64,000 nt of DNA from the IMG/VR virus record IMGVR_UViG_3300011559_000001, positions 192,001-256,000 of that record. One strand, 5' to 3'. Source of the DNA: a virus. Its lineage: Duplodnaviria; Caudoviricetes. The notes under the pieces were generated by a model that was given only the letters and a program-made list of their open reading frames with translations, did no database searches and was not told where the DNA came from. The translations under genes and the position numbers were made by a program. Shown here piece by piece: positions 55,413 through 64,000 of this stretch; within the stretch, counting starts at the first letter, position 1, and every line of letters starts with the position of its first letter.

Positions 55413-57023
55413 ATGTCGGCGATTTCAACGGAGCAAGCTCCACCGTCGAAAGGGTTTACTGCCGACGACATCATCAAGGCTGTGATGGCACCACGGGCCC
55501 GGATCGATGTCTGGAGCCACGGCTGTCGAATCAGTGACTTCGGTGCGGAGATCCGCACCTTGATGATTGAACTCTGCCGCCAAAGCTGGGGCGAGTACGG
55601 CACTGTCAGTGTGGGACGTTTCCGCACTGAGCAGAAAATCAAGCGCGTGTTTGTGGGCACGAACAAAGAACGTTCGCAGTTCCACTTCCACCGCAATCAG
55701 CTGGGCTTTGTCCTGAACCGACTGGGCAAGCTGAACATCCTCGAAGACCGCCTCAATATCGTACGTCATGAGACGTACGAACCGGTCACCGTGGAACACC
55801 CCCTTAACGATGACCGACCGCCGCGCGAAAAGCAGGTACCGATCATCGAATACGTCATAGCGCCGCCAGATGCGCGCTACGCTCCGTCCAAGGTGGTCAC
55901 GCTGCAAACGGGCGGGGGCAAGACGTTCCTCGCTCTGTACGCCCTGCGCAAGCTGAGCAAGCGCACCGCGATCATCCTCAAGGGCATGTACATCGACAAG
56001 TGGATTGGCGACATCGAAGGCGCATACGGCGCTGAGAAAGGTTCGCTGATGGTCATCCGTGGTATCCCGCAATTGCGGGCTGCGTTGGAGATGGCCCGCT
56101 TGGGTAATTTCAAGCCGCGCGTGGTGGTCTTCTCGCAGAAGACCATGCAGATGTATCTGCAGTACTACGAGCAGCACGGGGTGGATGAGTTCATCCCCGT
56201 CGCGCCCATGGATCTATACCAGTACTTGGGCATCGGCGTACGCCTGATCGACGAAGTCCATCAGGAGTTCCACTGCAACTTCCGCCAAGACCTGTACACG
56301 AATATCCCCCTGACCATCTCCCTCTCTGCAACCCTGGAGCCGGATCAGAAGTTCATCGAGGATATGTACCGGATCCTGTGGCCGGTGGGCACCTGGGCTC
56401 CTGAGATGGAGTATGACAAGTTCATTGCCGTCAAGGCTCTGTGGTATCGCATCCGCGAACCGGAGAAGCTGCGCTGGGTGAACTTCATGCGTCAGTACAA
56501 CCATACTGAGCTGGAGAAATCCATCTTCAAGCGCCCGCGTGTGCTTGAGGCCTACACTGACATGATCATTGACATCGTCAACAAGACCTTTATCCAGCGC
56601 ATGGAGAAGGGACAGAAGATGATCATCTACGTGGCCACGGTTCAGTTGGCAACCTTGCTGTCTGATCAATTGGCAGCCATCTACCCGCATCTGCTGGTGA
56701 ATCGTTACGTCTCTGAAGACGAATACGAGGATCTGGTGGCCGCTGACATCTCGGTGACCACCCTGCAATCGGCAGGCACTGGCGTGGACATTCCCAATCT
56801 GCGTATTAACCTTATGACGACCGCTTTGAGCAGCAAGCAGTCCAACATTCAGGTGTTGGGTCGCACGCGTCGCTTGAAGGACTGGCCTGACGTAACTCCC
56901 GAGTTCTACTTCCTCTCGGCGCTGGACATCGACAAGCATGTTCAGTACACCAAGCAGAAGAAGGAAAAGCTTGAGGGTAAGGTTCTTTCGTTCCAGGAAT
57001 TGCGAACGGATTACGTGGTGTAA
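55413..57023 (+). CDS. Superfamily 2 (DExH) helicase (phiKZ gp75-like)
   Basis: QTGGGKT, DEVH, SAT, GTGVDIP and QVLGRTRR motifs. Confidence 0.9.
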   Translation: MSAISTEQAPPSKGFTADDIIKAVMAPRARIDVWSHGCRISDFGAEIRTLMIELCRQSWGEYGTVSVGRFRTEQKIKRVFVGTNKERSQFHFHRNQLGFVLNRLGKLNILEDRLNIVRHETYEPVTVEHPLNDDRPPREKQVPIIEYVIAPPDARYAPSKVVTLQTGGGKTFLALYALRKLSKRTAIILKGMYIDKWIGDIEGAYGAEKGSLMVIRGIPQLRAALEMARLGNFKPRVVVFSQKTMQMYLQYYEQHGVDEFIPVAPMDLYQYLGIGVRLIDEVHQEFHCNFRQDLYTNIPLTISLSATLEPDQKFIEDMYRILWPVGTWAPEMEYDKFIAVKALWYRIREPEKLRWVNFMRQYNHTELEKSIFKRPRVLEAYTDMIIDIVNKTFIQRMEKGQKMIIYVATVQLATLLSDQLAAIYPHLLVNRYVSEDEYEDLVAADISVTTLQSAGTGVDIPNLRINLMTTALSSKQSNIQVLGRTRRLKDWPDVTPEFYFLSALDIDKHVQYTKQKKEKLEGKVLSFQELRTDYVV

Positions 57024-57033
57024 GGGGTGAGGT

Positions 57034-57669
57034 ATGTCGGACCAAACTGACAACGTTGTGGATGAGGTGGGTACTTTCGTCTATGACAACCCGGAGGCTG
57101 AGTGGGCGGCGGTGTTGGCCGTCGCTCCTGCCATGGATCGCTTGCCGGATATGGTGGCCAACACCTACGAAGGTTACGGACTGCCGCAGGGCTACTCCGT
57201 AGAGGAGCTGAGGAGCCGGGTTCGCGATCGCATTCGCACCGGCTCGATCTTCGTGTTCAAGCTGATTGACAACAACGTCAATCTGCTGTTTGAAAACTTC
57301 TCCGTCCATTTCGGTCAGGGCATCGACCTGCTGATGGACGATCTGGAAGTGGCCATGAGCTCGGACATTGAGGCCGTGGAAAATTACACGGGCGAGGAAG
57401 TCTGTGGCAGGCTGTTTGCCTATATCGCCATGGACATCCACACCCAGAACCGGGATAAAGAAAACCCCAATTTGGACATGGTCGATGAAGAGACCGGCCT
57501 GTACAAGGACATGGACTACACCGCCTGCCGCATGCACTTGGACGATGTCCTCAAGTCGGTACGGATGACCCCTGAGTTTGCTGCTGAGGCCCGCGAGTGG
57601 GGCTTGGCCAGCATTCGAGCACAGATCTTCATGCTGGCCGAACTTCCGGCCGGTGCGCGCTTGCACTAA
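57034..57669 (+). CDS. Hypothetical acidic protein
   Basis: GGTGAGG RBS, 211 aa. Confidence 0.75.
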   Translation: MSDQTDNVVDEVGTFVYDNPEAEWAAVLAVAPAMDRLPDMVANTYEGYGLPQGYSVEELRSRVRDRIRTGSIFVFKLIDNNVNLLFENFSVHFGQGIDLLMDDLEVAMSSDIEAVENYTGEEVCGRLFAYIAMDIHTQNRDKENPNLDMVDEETGLYKDMDYTACRMHLDDVLKSVRMTPEFAAEAREWGLASIRAQIFMLAELPAGARLH

Positions 57670-57682
57670 AACGAGAGAGACA

Positions 57683-58222
57683 ATGGAATCCACCGCACTG
57701 GCTTCTCCGGGCGAGGTACTCACCGCCCTGACCCCATCGCGCCTCCACTGGAAACAGCTGGTGTCCCGATTTGGTGAACTGGATCAGCTGGTGCAGGCCA
57801 TTGCCACCACCCCGCTTTTCCAACACTCCTACTTTGCGCTCTACGGTAGGCACGTGGAGGAAATGCTGCAAGACATCCGCTCGGCCACCAGCTTGCTGCT
57901 GTGTAACATGTTCACCCAGGCCGAGTTGGACGCTTTCAAGGAACGCGACGTGCTGCACTACGTCAACCAAGGACTGGCGTTGGCTGTACCCCACCTGCGT
58001 AAGCGGTTGGTCACGGTCGATCAAAGTCGCTGTGTTGAGGTGTGCCGGATGGCATGCTTTGGCTTTATCTTCAAGCAGATTGCGGAGGACCTAGCGGATC
58101 CTCGCCCCTTGCTCACCGAACTGGTGGAGCAGTTGGAGATCGAACCCAGCCAACGGATGTCCCTGATCGCTTCGGTGGTCACGTTGTTCTGCCCGCAGTC
58201 GCGTAGCTTCACCCTACATTAG
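57683..58222 (+). CDS. Hypothetical protein
   Basis: ATG 57683, followed by a terminator. Confidence 0.7.
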   Translation: MESTALASPGEVLTALTPSRLHWKQLVSRFGELDQLVQAIATTPLFQHSYFALYGRHVEEMLQDIRSATSLLLCNMFTQAELDAFKERDVLHYVNQGLALAVPHLRKRLVTVDQSRCVEVCRMACFGFIFKQIAEDLADPRPLLTELVEQLEIEPSQRMSLIASVVTLFCPQSRSFTLH

Positions 58223-58225
58223 TCG

Positions 58226-58266
58226 CCCACCTCGTACCGCTAGTCACGGTGCGGGGTGGGTTTTTG
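58226..58266 (+). terminator. Intrinsic terminator
   Basis: CCCACCTCGTACCG-N7-CGGTGCGGGGTGGG-TTTTT. Confidence 0.75.
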
Positions 58267-58287
58267 CTCGCTATACAAGGAGAGAGA

Positions 58288-58830
58288 ATGACCAGCTTCC
58301 ACGATAAGAAACCGTCCCAGAAGATCAAGGACATGATGGCGATGTTACCACCGGTGCCCAATCACTGGCATGGCCGTCCGGTCACCACGCTGTTCCGGGT
58401 TCTGGATAGCAGCGGCGGACGGGTACTGTTCACCCAGTGGGAGGAGGATGACCACAGCGACCGACCCTCGGAAGGTATTGCTGTCTTCCCGCCGGGCTTC
58501 AAGGCGGGTGTGGTTCACTCCGATGGTGAGGTCCGCGGTATCGCCGACATTGGCTGTAGTCGCATGGTCATGATGAGCTACCAGTCCGGCTGGCTCATCA
58601 CCGTGTTGGAGCTGCCCGAGGCTTGGCCGGTCACTATCGATCCCCAGCGCCTTGCCGCACGCATTACCAAGGAATTGACGCCTGAGTCCCTGCAGCAGGA
58701 GATGATCCTGCGGGTCATGGGTGATGTCCCGCGCAGCTATGAGGAATACCTCACCTGCGTCCACGACTACCACCGCCACCTTCAGCGCCAGCATCCGCAT
58801 TACGACGAACCCTCCATCACTTACGCCTGA
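58288..58830 (+). CDS. Hypothetical protein
   Basis: AAGGAG RBS. Confidence 0.75.
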   Translation: MTSFHDKKPSQKIKDMMAMLPPVPNHWHGRPVTTLFRVLDSSGGRVLFTQWEEDDHSDRPSEGIAVFPPGFKAGVVHSDGEVRGIADIGCSRMVMMSYQSGWLITVLELPEAWPVTIDPQRLAARITKELTPESLQQEMILRVMGDVPRSYEEYLTCVHDYHRHLQRQHPHYDEPSITYA

Positions 58831-58858
58831 GTCTAGGCTCGCACGAAAACAAGGCCCG

Positions 58859-59254
58859 ATGAAAAACAACAATACCTTGTCTCGCATTCGGCAGACTTTG
58901 CTGCCGATGGCCTGCAGCCTGATGGAGAAGAGCCCGCATCTCCAGGAGTTGCAAGAGGGAGCCATCTTGCAGTTGAAGGTGGTCAACAACTTCAAGGCGG
59001 TGTTCCAGTGGTTTGGGGAGCACGGTACGGGAGAGGAGCTGTTCATGGCCCTCACTCAGAAAGAGCCGGCGCCCCTGCTCAATGAAGTGTACGTGGTCAC
59101 CAAGGTCCGCAATCCATTCATGCGTTTCTGGCGCAAGCACACCATCGGTGGCAAGTACTACCTGAAGCTGGTGGAGCCGGGGTTCAATGAGAACCTGCGG
59201 ATTTACTTCTCCGACACGCTCAAGTCCTTCAAGTACCGCGAAGTGATGTTCTAA
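58859..59254 (+). CDS. Hypothetical protein
   Basis: ATG 58859 after AAGG. Confidence 0.7.
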   Translation: MKNNNTLSRIRQTLLPMACSLMEKSPHLQELQEGAILQLKVVNNFKAVFQWFGEHGTGEELFMALTQKEPAPLLNEVYVVTKVRNPFMRFWRKHTIGGKYYLKLVEPGFNENLRIYFSDTLKSFKYREVMF

Positions 59255-59305
59255 GCGGCATAGCGCCCCAGTACCCTTGACGGGTACTGGGGCGTATGTG
59301 CTGCC
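59255..59305. terminator. Bidirectional hairpin
   Basis: GCGGCATA-GCGCCCCAGTACCC-TTGAC-GGGTACTGGGGCGT-ATGTGCTGCC. Confidence 0.85.
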
Positions 59306-59313
59306 TATTCTTT

Positions 59314-61092
59314 TTAGGCAGCTTCCAGCATGGGCGCTGGGGTGGGGGACGGGTCAGACGGGTGCTGCTTGTCGAACTCGGCCAACAGATCATTGAAGCT
59401 CGGGGCTGCATAGATTTGCTGACAGATTTCAACGGCGTTAACGAAGCCGCCAGAGAGGTTCACACCGACCGCGCGGCGATAGATCTCATGGACCCCTTGG
59501 ATGTAGCACAGCTCCTGCGCAGTGGTCTGCTTGGAGATGTTCATCAGGATCTCAACGTTGGGATAGGTACCTTCCACGTCAAGGTCGGCCACGTGTGCAC
59601 GCACATAGCTGCGCACGTCCGGCAAGTCCTCAAACAGGCACAAGCCGTTTTCCTCCACCAGATGGGAGGGTAGGGTGACGATCCAGTCGGTGATGTCGAT
59701 CACATGCTGGTCGTTGTCATCCACCATCTTGTTGGAGGTGGAGGCGCACACCAAGTTGTTGTCCAAAGCCAGGAAGTGCAAGTCGTCACAGGTACGACGC
59801 GGCTGGCTGGGGAAACGCTTGTACTCGGAGTGGGCACACATCAGAGAGATCATCGACTGCAAGTCGGTAGTCTTCTCATCGAGCATCTCAACGGAAATAC
59901 AGTCAAACAGGTTGTAGATGCAGTATTCGACCTTGTACTTGGTCTGCATCTCCTTGTGCCAGCTGGGGCCAGAGAGATGATCGCACTGCTTGAACTTCAG
60001 CTTGCGAATACCAAGCACCTTGTTCAAGATCGCATCCAGCGAATACGACGGTTCCTTACCGCCGGCAATACGCAGCTTCAGATAGACGCACATCGCATCC
60101 AGTGCGTACCACTTGGCCGGGGTGATCACTTCGTGCCAGCGCTCAGCCGGCGCCAGAGCCATGGTCTTACCCGAAGCGGTAACCTTCTGGGAGGGACCTT
60201 GCTTGTACTCAAACTGCTTGAACGGTTCGGGGATCTCAGGATCGGAGAACACGTGGGCCAGGTTGTAGCCACGCTTGTCCAAGGCCTGGATCATCTTGTT
60301 CATATCGAAGTCGATGTTCCAAAACGCCATGATGTCAGGTGACCACTCATGGGCTGTTTCAATCACCCGCTTGGCCGCTTGGCCGGCATCGTCGACGAAC
60401 TCGATTTCCAGCTTGATACCACGCTGCTTGACCAGATCCACTTGGATCGTCTGGCCCTTCTTCTTCGGGTCCGGCGCAGTCATGTCGCCCAGGTAGTACT
60501 GGAACTGACGCTGGATCTCAACTTCCGGATCACGGACCCCATTGAGGAACTCACGCACCACGATCAGGCGCGCTTGACCCTTCATGGTGATCGAGGCCAT
60601 GATGATTTCTTCATGCCCGTGGATCATGTCCGTTTCGGTATCGACCACCGCCACCTTGTTGTTGGACACCCGATGGGGCCACTTGGTCAGGTGATGATGC
60701 TTGGCCAATACGCAGGAGTTGACGTCAGTACCGTAGACGTACGGAGACTGTGCCACCTGACGCAGGTCCATCCGTCCGCTGGGGAAGCGGCCCAGCTTGC
60801 GCATGATGTCCGCGCACAGGTCAGACTCGGTGGCCTTGTGCATGACCAGCCGCTCCTGCTTCTCCCACTCCTTCTTGTCCTTGTGGTTCTGGTAGATCTC
60901 TTTGGTGATCCAGTACGGCCGCTTCTGGTTGTAGATCTGACGCAGTCGGCTGTACGGCTCCCGGCCATCCATGGGGTAGACGTTTTCCTTCAACAGCAAC
61001 AGGTCATTGTTACTGCCATCCTGAGCGGTGAAGTACAAGGCGTGCTTGCACTCCAACTCATCAGTCTTGGAAGGCTTTTGTTGCTCACTCAT
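59314..61092 (-). CDS. Split family-B DNA polymerase, 3'-5' exonuclease plus motif A part (phiKZ gp82-like)
   Basis: ExoI VVDTETD, ExoII FWNIDFD, YSLDAI, ExoIII YNLFD, polymerase motif A DLDVEGTYP. Confidence 0.85.
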   Translation of the reverse strand: MSEQQKPSKTDELECKHALYFTAQDGSNNDLLLLKENVYPMDGREPYSRLRQIYNQKRPYWITKEIYQNHKDKKEWEKQERLVMHKATESDLCADIMRKLGRFPSGRMDLRQVAQSPYVYGTDVNSCVLAKHHHLTKWPHRVSNNKVAVVDTETDMIHGHEEIIMASITMKGQARLIVVREFLNGVRDPEVEIQRQFQYYLGDMTAPDPKKKGQTIQVDLVKQRGIKLEIEFVDDAGQAAKRVIETAHEWSPDIMAFWNIDFDMNKMIQALDKRGYNLAHVFSDPEIPEPFKQFEYKQGPSQKVTASGKTMALAPAERWHEVITPAKWYALDAMCVYLKLRIAGGKEPSYSLDAILNKVLGIRKLKFKQCDHLSGPSWHKEMQTKYKVEYCIYNLFDCISVEMLDEKTTDLQSMISLMCAHSEYKRFPSQPRRTCDDLHFLALDNNLVCASTSNKMVDDNDQHVIDITDWIVTLPSHLVEENGLCLFEDLPDVRSYVRAHVADLDVEGTYPNVEILMNISKQTTAQELCYIQGVHEIYRRAVGVNLSGGFVNAVEICQQIYAAPSFNDLLAEFDKQHPSDPSPTPAPMLEAA

Positions 61093-61178
61093 TCTCGATT
61101 ACCTGCTTTTACCTTGCCCGGTATAGTATTGATATGAAGCATATCTTTTCACTTTCCCTTTAACCTTGAGGCACCCAC

Positions 61179-62498
61179 ATGAAAAATGTGCCATTGCCGA
61201 GGGTCTCACTTGAAGCCATTTCCTACCAAGGAAAGTCGTTGCTGTATTTCGACTTGGTGGCTTTGGTGGACAACCTCAGGCTTCAGCCCGATCTGAGCCA
61301 GCGTTCGCTGGACGGTTCGGGCCTGTCTGCAATCATCAAGAAGCGTACCAAGATGAACGTCATCGTCCGACTGCAGTCGGACGGCCAGGATGATGGGTAC
61401 TTCTACGCCGAACCGCCCCTGTTGGATGCGGGCAATCCCTTCTACGAGTTGATCTCCAAAATCAGCTCGGCAGATGAACGCTCCCATGCCATCGACCGCT
61501 ACCAGCGCGCTGTGCGGTTGGCCAAGGAAAGCACCGGTTGGGTGGATCTGAAGCTGGGGCAAGTCGGCGGTCTGTTGGCCACGCTGCCCTGCTACCTCTA
61601 CCTGTCGCGTGATCTGATCTACGACCGCAACTACAGCTCCGAAGAGCTGGCGGCAATGATCCTGCACGAGCTGGGTCACATCTACTCCTTCTTCGAGACC
61701 TTGTGGTACACCTCGGTCAGCAACATGGTGATCTCCACGGCGGTGGATGCCATGAAGACCGAAGCTGATACCACGGTCCGGATCAAGCTGGTCTCCCAAG
61801 CACTGGGTGCCTTTGGTACGGTCGATCCGGAAGCGGCCAGTCTGATTGGCGGTGCAGCTGATGAAACCAGTCAGCGCGTGCTGTTCCTGAAGACCTTCGA
61901 AGAAGGCGAGCGTCAGCGCGTCAAGCAACTGGTCGATCGCGACGATACCTACAACGTGCGCTCGATTGAGTTCATGGCCGATCAGTTCGCCGTGCGTCAC
62001 GGTGCTACGCTGGCCCTGGCCAATGCACAGCACAAGATGGCCATGCGTACCCGCTCCGGTTACGGTATCAACCACAGTAGCTTCCTGGCCGCCCAGGCGG
62101 TCCGCTACGCCCTGTTGGCCGGCGTAAGCTACGTTGTCCCGCCCTTGGGCTTGGTGATCGGTGTGGTGGCCTCTCTGCTCCAAGCAGCGCAGGTAGCCAA
62201 CGACGACGTCAACCCGGACCCGATCGAACGCCTGACGCGTTTGAAGGGCGATCTGGTACAGCTGCTCAAGAACACCCGCCTGTCCCCGCAGATGCGCAAG
62301 CAGATCCTGCAGGACATCGAAGCGTTGGACGCCCTGCGTACCACGATGAAAGAAAACGGCGGCCTGTTCCGATTCATCTGGCGCAACGTGGCTCCGGCCG
62401 GTCGCAGGCGCTCGACGCTGCGCGAAATGCAGAAGGGGTTGGAAGACCTCATCAACAACGACCTTTTCACCCAAGCAGCGCGCATCCGCTCGTTGTAA
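61179..62498 (+). CDS. Virion protein with a zincin metallopeptidase motif
   Basis: ELAAMILHELGH, EFMADQFA and P.PIERL (M48-like); N-terminal VSLE/AI processing-type site; hydrophobic hairpin. Confidence 0.7.
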   Translation: MKNVPLPRVSLEAISYQGKSLLYFDLVALVDNLRLQPDLSQRSLDGSGLSAIIKKRTKMNVIVRLQSDGQDDGYFYAEPPLLDAGNPFYELISKISSADERSHAIDRYQRAVRLAKESTGWVDLKLGQVGGLLATLPCYLYLSRDLIYDRNYSSEELAAMILHELGHIYSFFETLWYTSVSNMVISTAVDAMKTEADTTVRIKLVSQALGAFGTVDPEAASLIGGAADETSQRVLFLKTFEEGERQRVKQLVDRDDTYNVRSIEFMADQFAVRHGATLALANAQHKMAMRTRSGYGINHSSFLAAQAVRYALLAGVSYVVPPLGLVIGVVASLLQAAQVANDDVNPDPIERLTRLKGDLVQLLKNTRLSPQMRKQILQDIEALDALRTTMKENGGLFRFIWRNVAPAGRRRSTLREMQKGLEDLINNDLFTQAARIRSL

Positions 62499-62517
62499 CA
62501 ACCCTTAGGACACTTCA

Positions 62518-62937
62518 ATGAAGATCAACGTTTCCGACATCGCCTCCACCATCAACGAACTGGGCATCCCCTTCGAAGCCCAGTCGCGCTACCTGGTGGC
62601 TGCTCTGGCCCGCGTGCTGGCCTACATGCTGCCGATCCCGGCCAACAACGTGGCCGGCACTCCCGGCGAGATGTTCCAGTCCACCTACGGTGCGCAGGTC
62701 ACTGCCGCCCTGGACGCGCTGAACGAGCGCATGCCGGTGGACTACCAGCAGGTGCTGGAGCTGACCCAGAAGATCTGGGAAGTGCGCTACCACCTGGTGC
62801 ACCCGAACCGCGACGCCCAGGCATGGGCGGCCATCGACTGCTGCGTGCAGAAGGCCAACCTGGGCTTTGAGATCGACTTCACCGACGCTGCCCTGCAGCG
62901 CCTGGGCCAGGTGATCACCCAAGGCGTGGAAGGCTAA
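62518..62937 (+). CDS. Hypothetical protein, probably virion
   Basis: AGGA RBS, strong codon bias, same operon as the peptidase. Confidence 0.7.
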   Translation: MKINVSDIASTINELGIPFEAQSRYLVAALARVLAYMLPIPANNVAGTPGEMFQSTYGAQVTAALDALNERMPVDYQQVLELTQKIWEVRYHLVHPNRDAQAWAAIDCCVQKANLGFEIDFTDAALQRLGQVITQGVEG

Positions 62938-62938
62938 C

Positions 62939-63889
62939 GTGTCCGGCGGTGACACCACCGCCGTGCCCGAACTGTCGCTGGGCCAGCTGGAGGGCAACCT
63001 CCAGCTGGTTATGGCCGTTCGTGCCCAAATCGAAAAGACCGGTACGGTCCACCGCGAACAAATGCGCGTGGCCTGTGAGTCGATCGGTTTGGAACTGCCG
63101 GCGGATCTGCCTCTGAACTCCTACACCCAAGTGCCCTCGACCACCAACCTGGAACGCACCAAGCATGTGCTCACTGCGCATCAGGAAAAGGCGTTGGTCA
63201 ACTTGGTAGGCAGCTTCAAGCGCAATGCGACCCAAACTTGGGGGAAGATCCAAGACGGTCGCTTCCGCGCCTATCCGGACCTGCGTCCGAAGTTGAACCA
63301 TCTGCAGAGGGTGGCCTCGCGCTACGATGGTCTTGATGTGGCTAACACGGTTGATCGGGATGAGCCGGCTATCAAGGCCGAATGCGATCTGATCAGCCAT
63401 GTGATGGACACGCTGAGGAGTCTCAACCAGCTGGGTCAGGATTCGATCTGTCCCTTCACTGGTCTGCGTCGGGAAGCCGAACAGGTCTTGGTCCACATCA
63501 ACGAAGCCATCGCCACCAAGCTGCACTTCCAAGGCGATGCTGCGGTGGAGCAGTTCGTTGCGATGATCGGCAAGTTCACCTGCAAGGTCTCTGCAGCCAG
63601 TTACTCGGAGGTGGAGAACGCTCTCAGTGCCGACGGTATCGTACAGGCCGTGACGGAAGCTGGCCAGCACTATGAAGGTCCGATTGCTCCCCAAGTGGAG
63701 ACGATCGAGCTGGATCTGGAAAGTCTCTCTGAACAACAGGTGCTGGAATCGCAACTGGGTAAGGTACTCGATGCCATCAACGAGTTCATCTTCTACAGCT
63801 GGAAGGTGGATGATGCGTTTGCCCAAGCCACCAACACGGCTGTGGAAACGGCCAAGAGCCTGTACCATCTGAAGGTACTGACGGCATAA
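62939..63889 (+). CDS. Hypothetical protein, probably head-associated
   Basis: 316 aa; LNSYTQVPSTTN segment recalled from phiKZ-like head proteins. Confidence 0.6.
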   Translation: MSGGDTTAVPELSLGQLEGNLQLVMAVRAQIEKTGTVHREQMRVACESIGLELPADLPLNSYTQVPSTTNLERTKHVLTAHQEKALVNLVGSFKRNATQTWGKIQDGRFRAYPDLRPKLNHLQRVASRYDGLDVANTVDRDEPAIKAECDLISHVMDTLRSLNQLGQDSICPFTGLRREAEQVLVHINEAIATKLHFQGDAAVEQFVAMIGKFTCKVSAASYSEVENALSADGIVQAVTEAGQHYEGPIAPQVETIELDLESLSEQQVLESQLGKVLDAINEFIFYSWKVDDAFAQATNTAVETAKSLYHLKVLTA

Positions 63890-63924
63890 AAGCCAGCCCC
63901 GCAAGGGGCTGGTCTTTATAGCGC
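63880..63924. terminator. Bidirectional hairpin
   Basis: GACGGCATAAAA-GCCAGCCCC-GCAA-GGGGCTGGT-CTTTATAG. Confidence 0.8.
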
Positions 63925-64000
63925 TTAGATCAGCGGGGCCGGGATGGCCGGCAACGGCTGCGCCAGCTTCTTGGCCTTGGTCTGGCCCTTCTTGACCGTC
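63925..64000 (-). CDS. 3' end of a gene starting beyond the window
   Basis: ...TVKKGQTKAKKLAQPLPAIPAPLI-stop, converging on a terminator. Confidence 0.55.
   Translation of the reverse strand, partial: TVKKGQTKAKKLAQPLPAIPAPLI

Noticed and set aside
1077-63924. Hairpins as REP or MITE mobile repeats
   Set aside because: Stem sequences differ between copies and there are no target-site duplications; only the flanking TATGC motif is shared
1-64000. CRISPR array, tRNA genes, IS or transposase, integrase
   Set aside because: No regularly spaced direct repeats, cloverleaf with T-loop consensus, or recombinase motifs seen by eye; tRNAscan and CRISPR finders were not run
1-64000. Stop-codon reassignment (alternative genetic code)
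   Set aside because: Core genes are full length under the standard code, and TAA, TGA and TAG all terminate genes

Overview
A 64-kb, GC-rich segment of a phiKZ-like, nucleus-forming jumbo phage (Chimalliviridae-type). It carries the tail tube/sheath, virion protein and terminase block (5.4-16.3 kb), tubulin PhuZ, and a split family-B DNA polymerase (catalytic half 30.9-33.1 kb; exonuclease plus motif A half 59.3-61.1 kb). It also carries the nuclear shell protein chimallin, four non-virion RNA polymerase subunits, an SbcD-like nuclease, probable ChmC and PicA/Imp1 (assigned by synteny), an SF2 helicase and head proteins. No tRNA, rRNA, CRISPR array, intron, intein or transposase was recognised. 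The signals not explained by known genes are: (1) a recurrent hairpin followed by TATGC(C/T)G that mostly tracks transcript ends; (2) candidate structured small RNAs, the best at 30.63-30.85 kb, whose bipartite promoter-like motif recurs upstream of chmA; (3) an uncalled 58-aa HTH gene with a duplicated palindromic operator-like site; (4) three paralogs sharing an acidic D-x-F-D-x-x-F-x-h-x-F-E-D tail; (5) a divergent paralog array between phuZ and the polymerase; (6) a probable virion-processed SUKH/SMI1-like protein and an HslV/proteasome-like peptidase. All assignments come from motifs, recalled family similarity and gene order; no database search was run.
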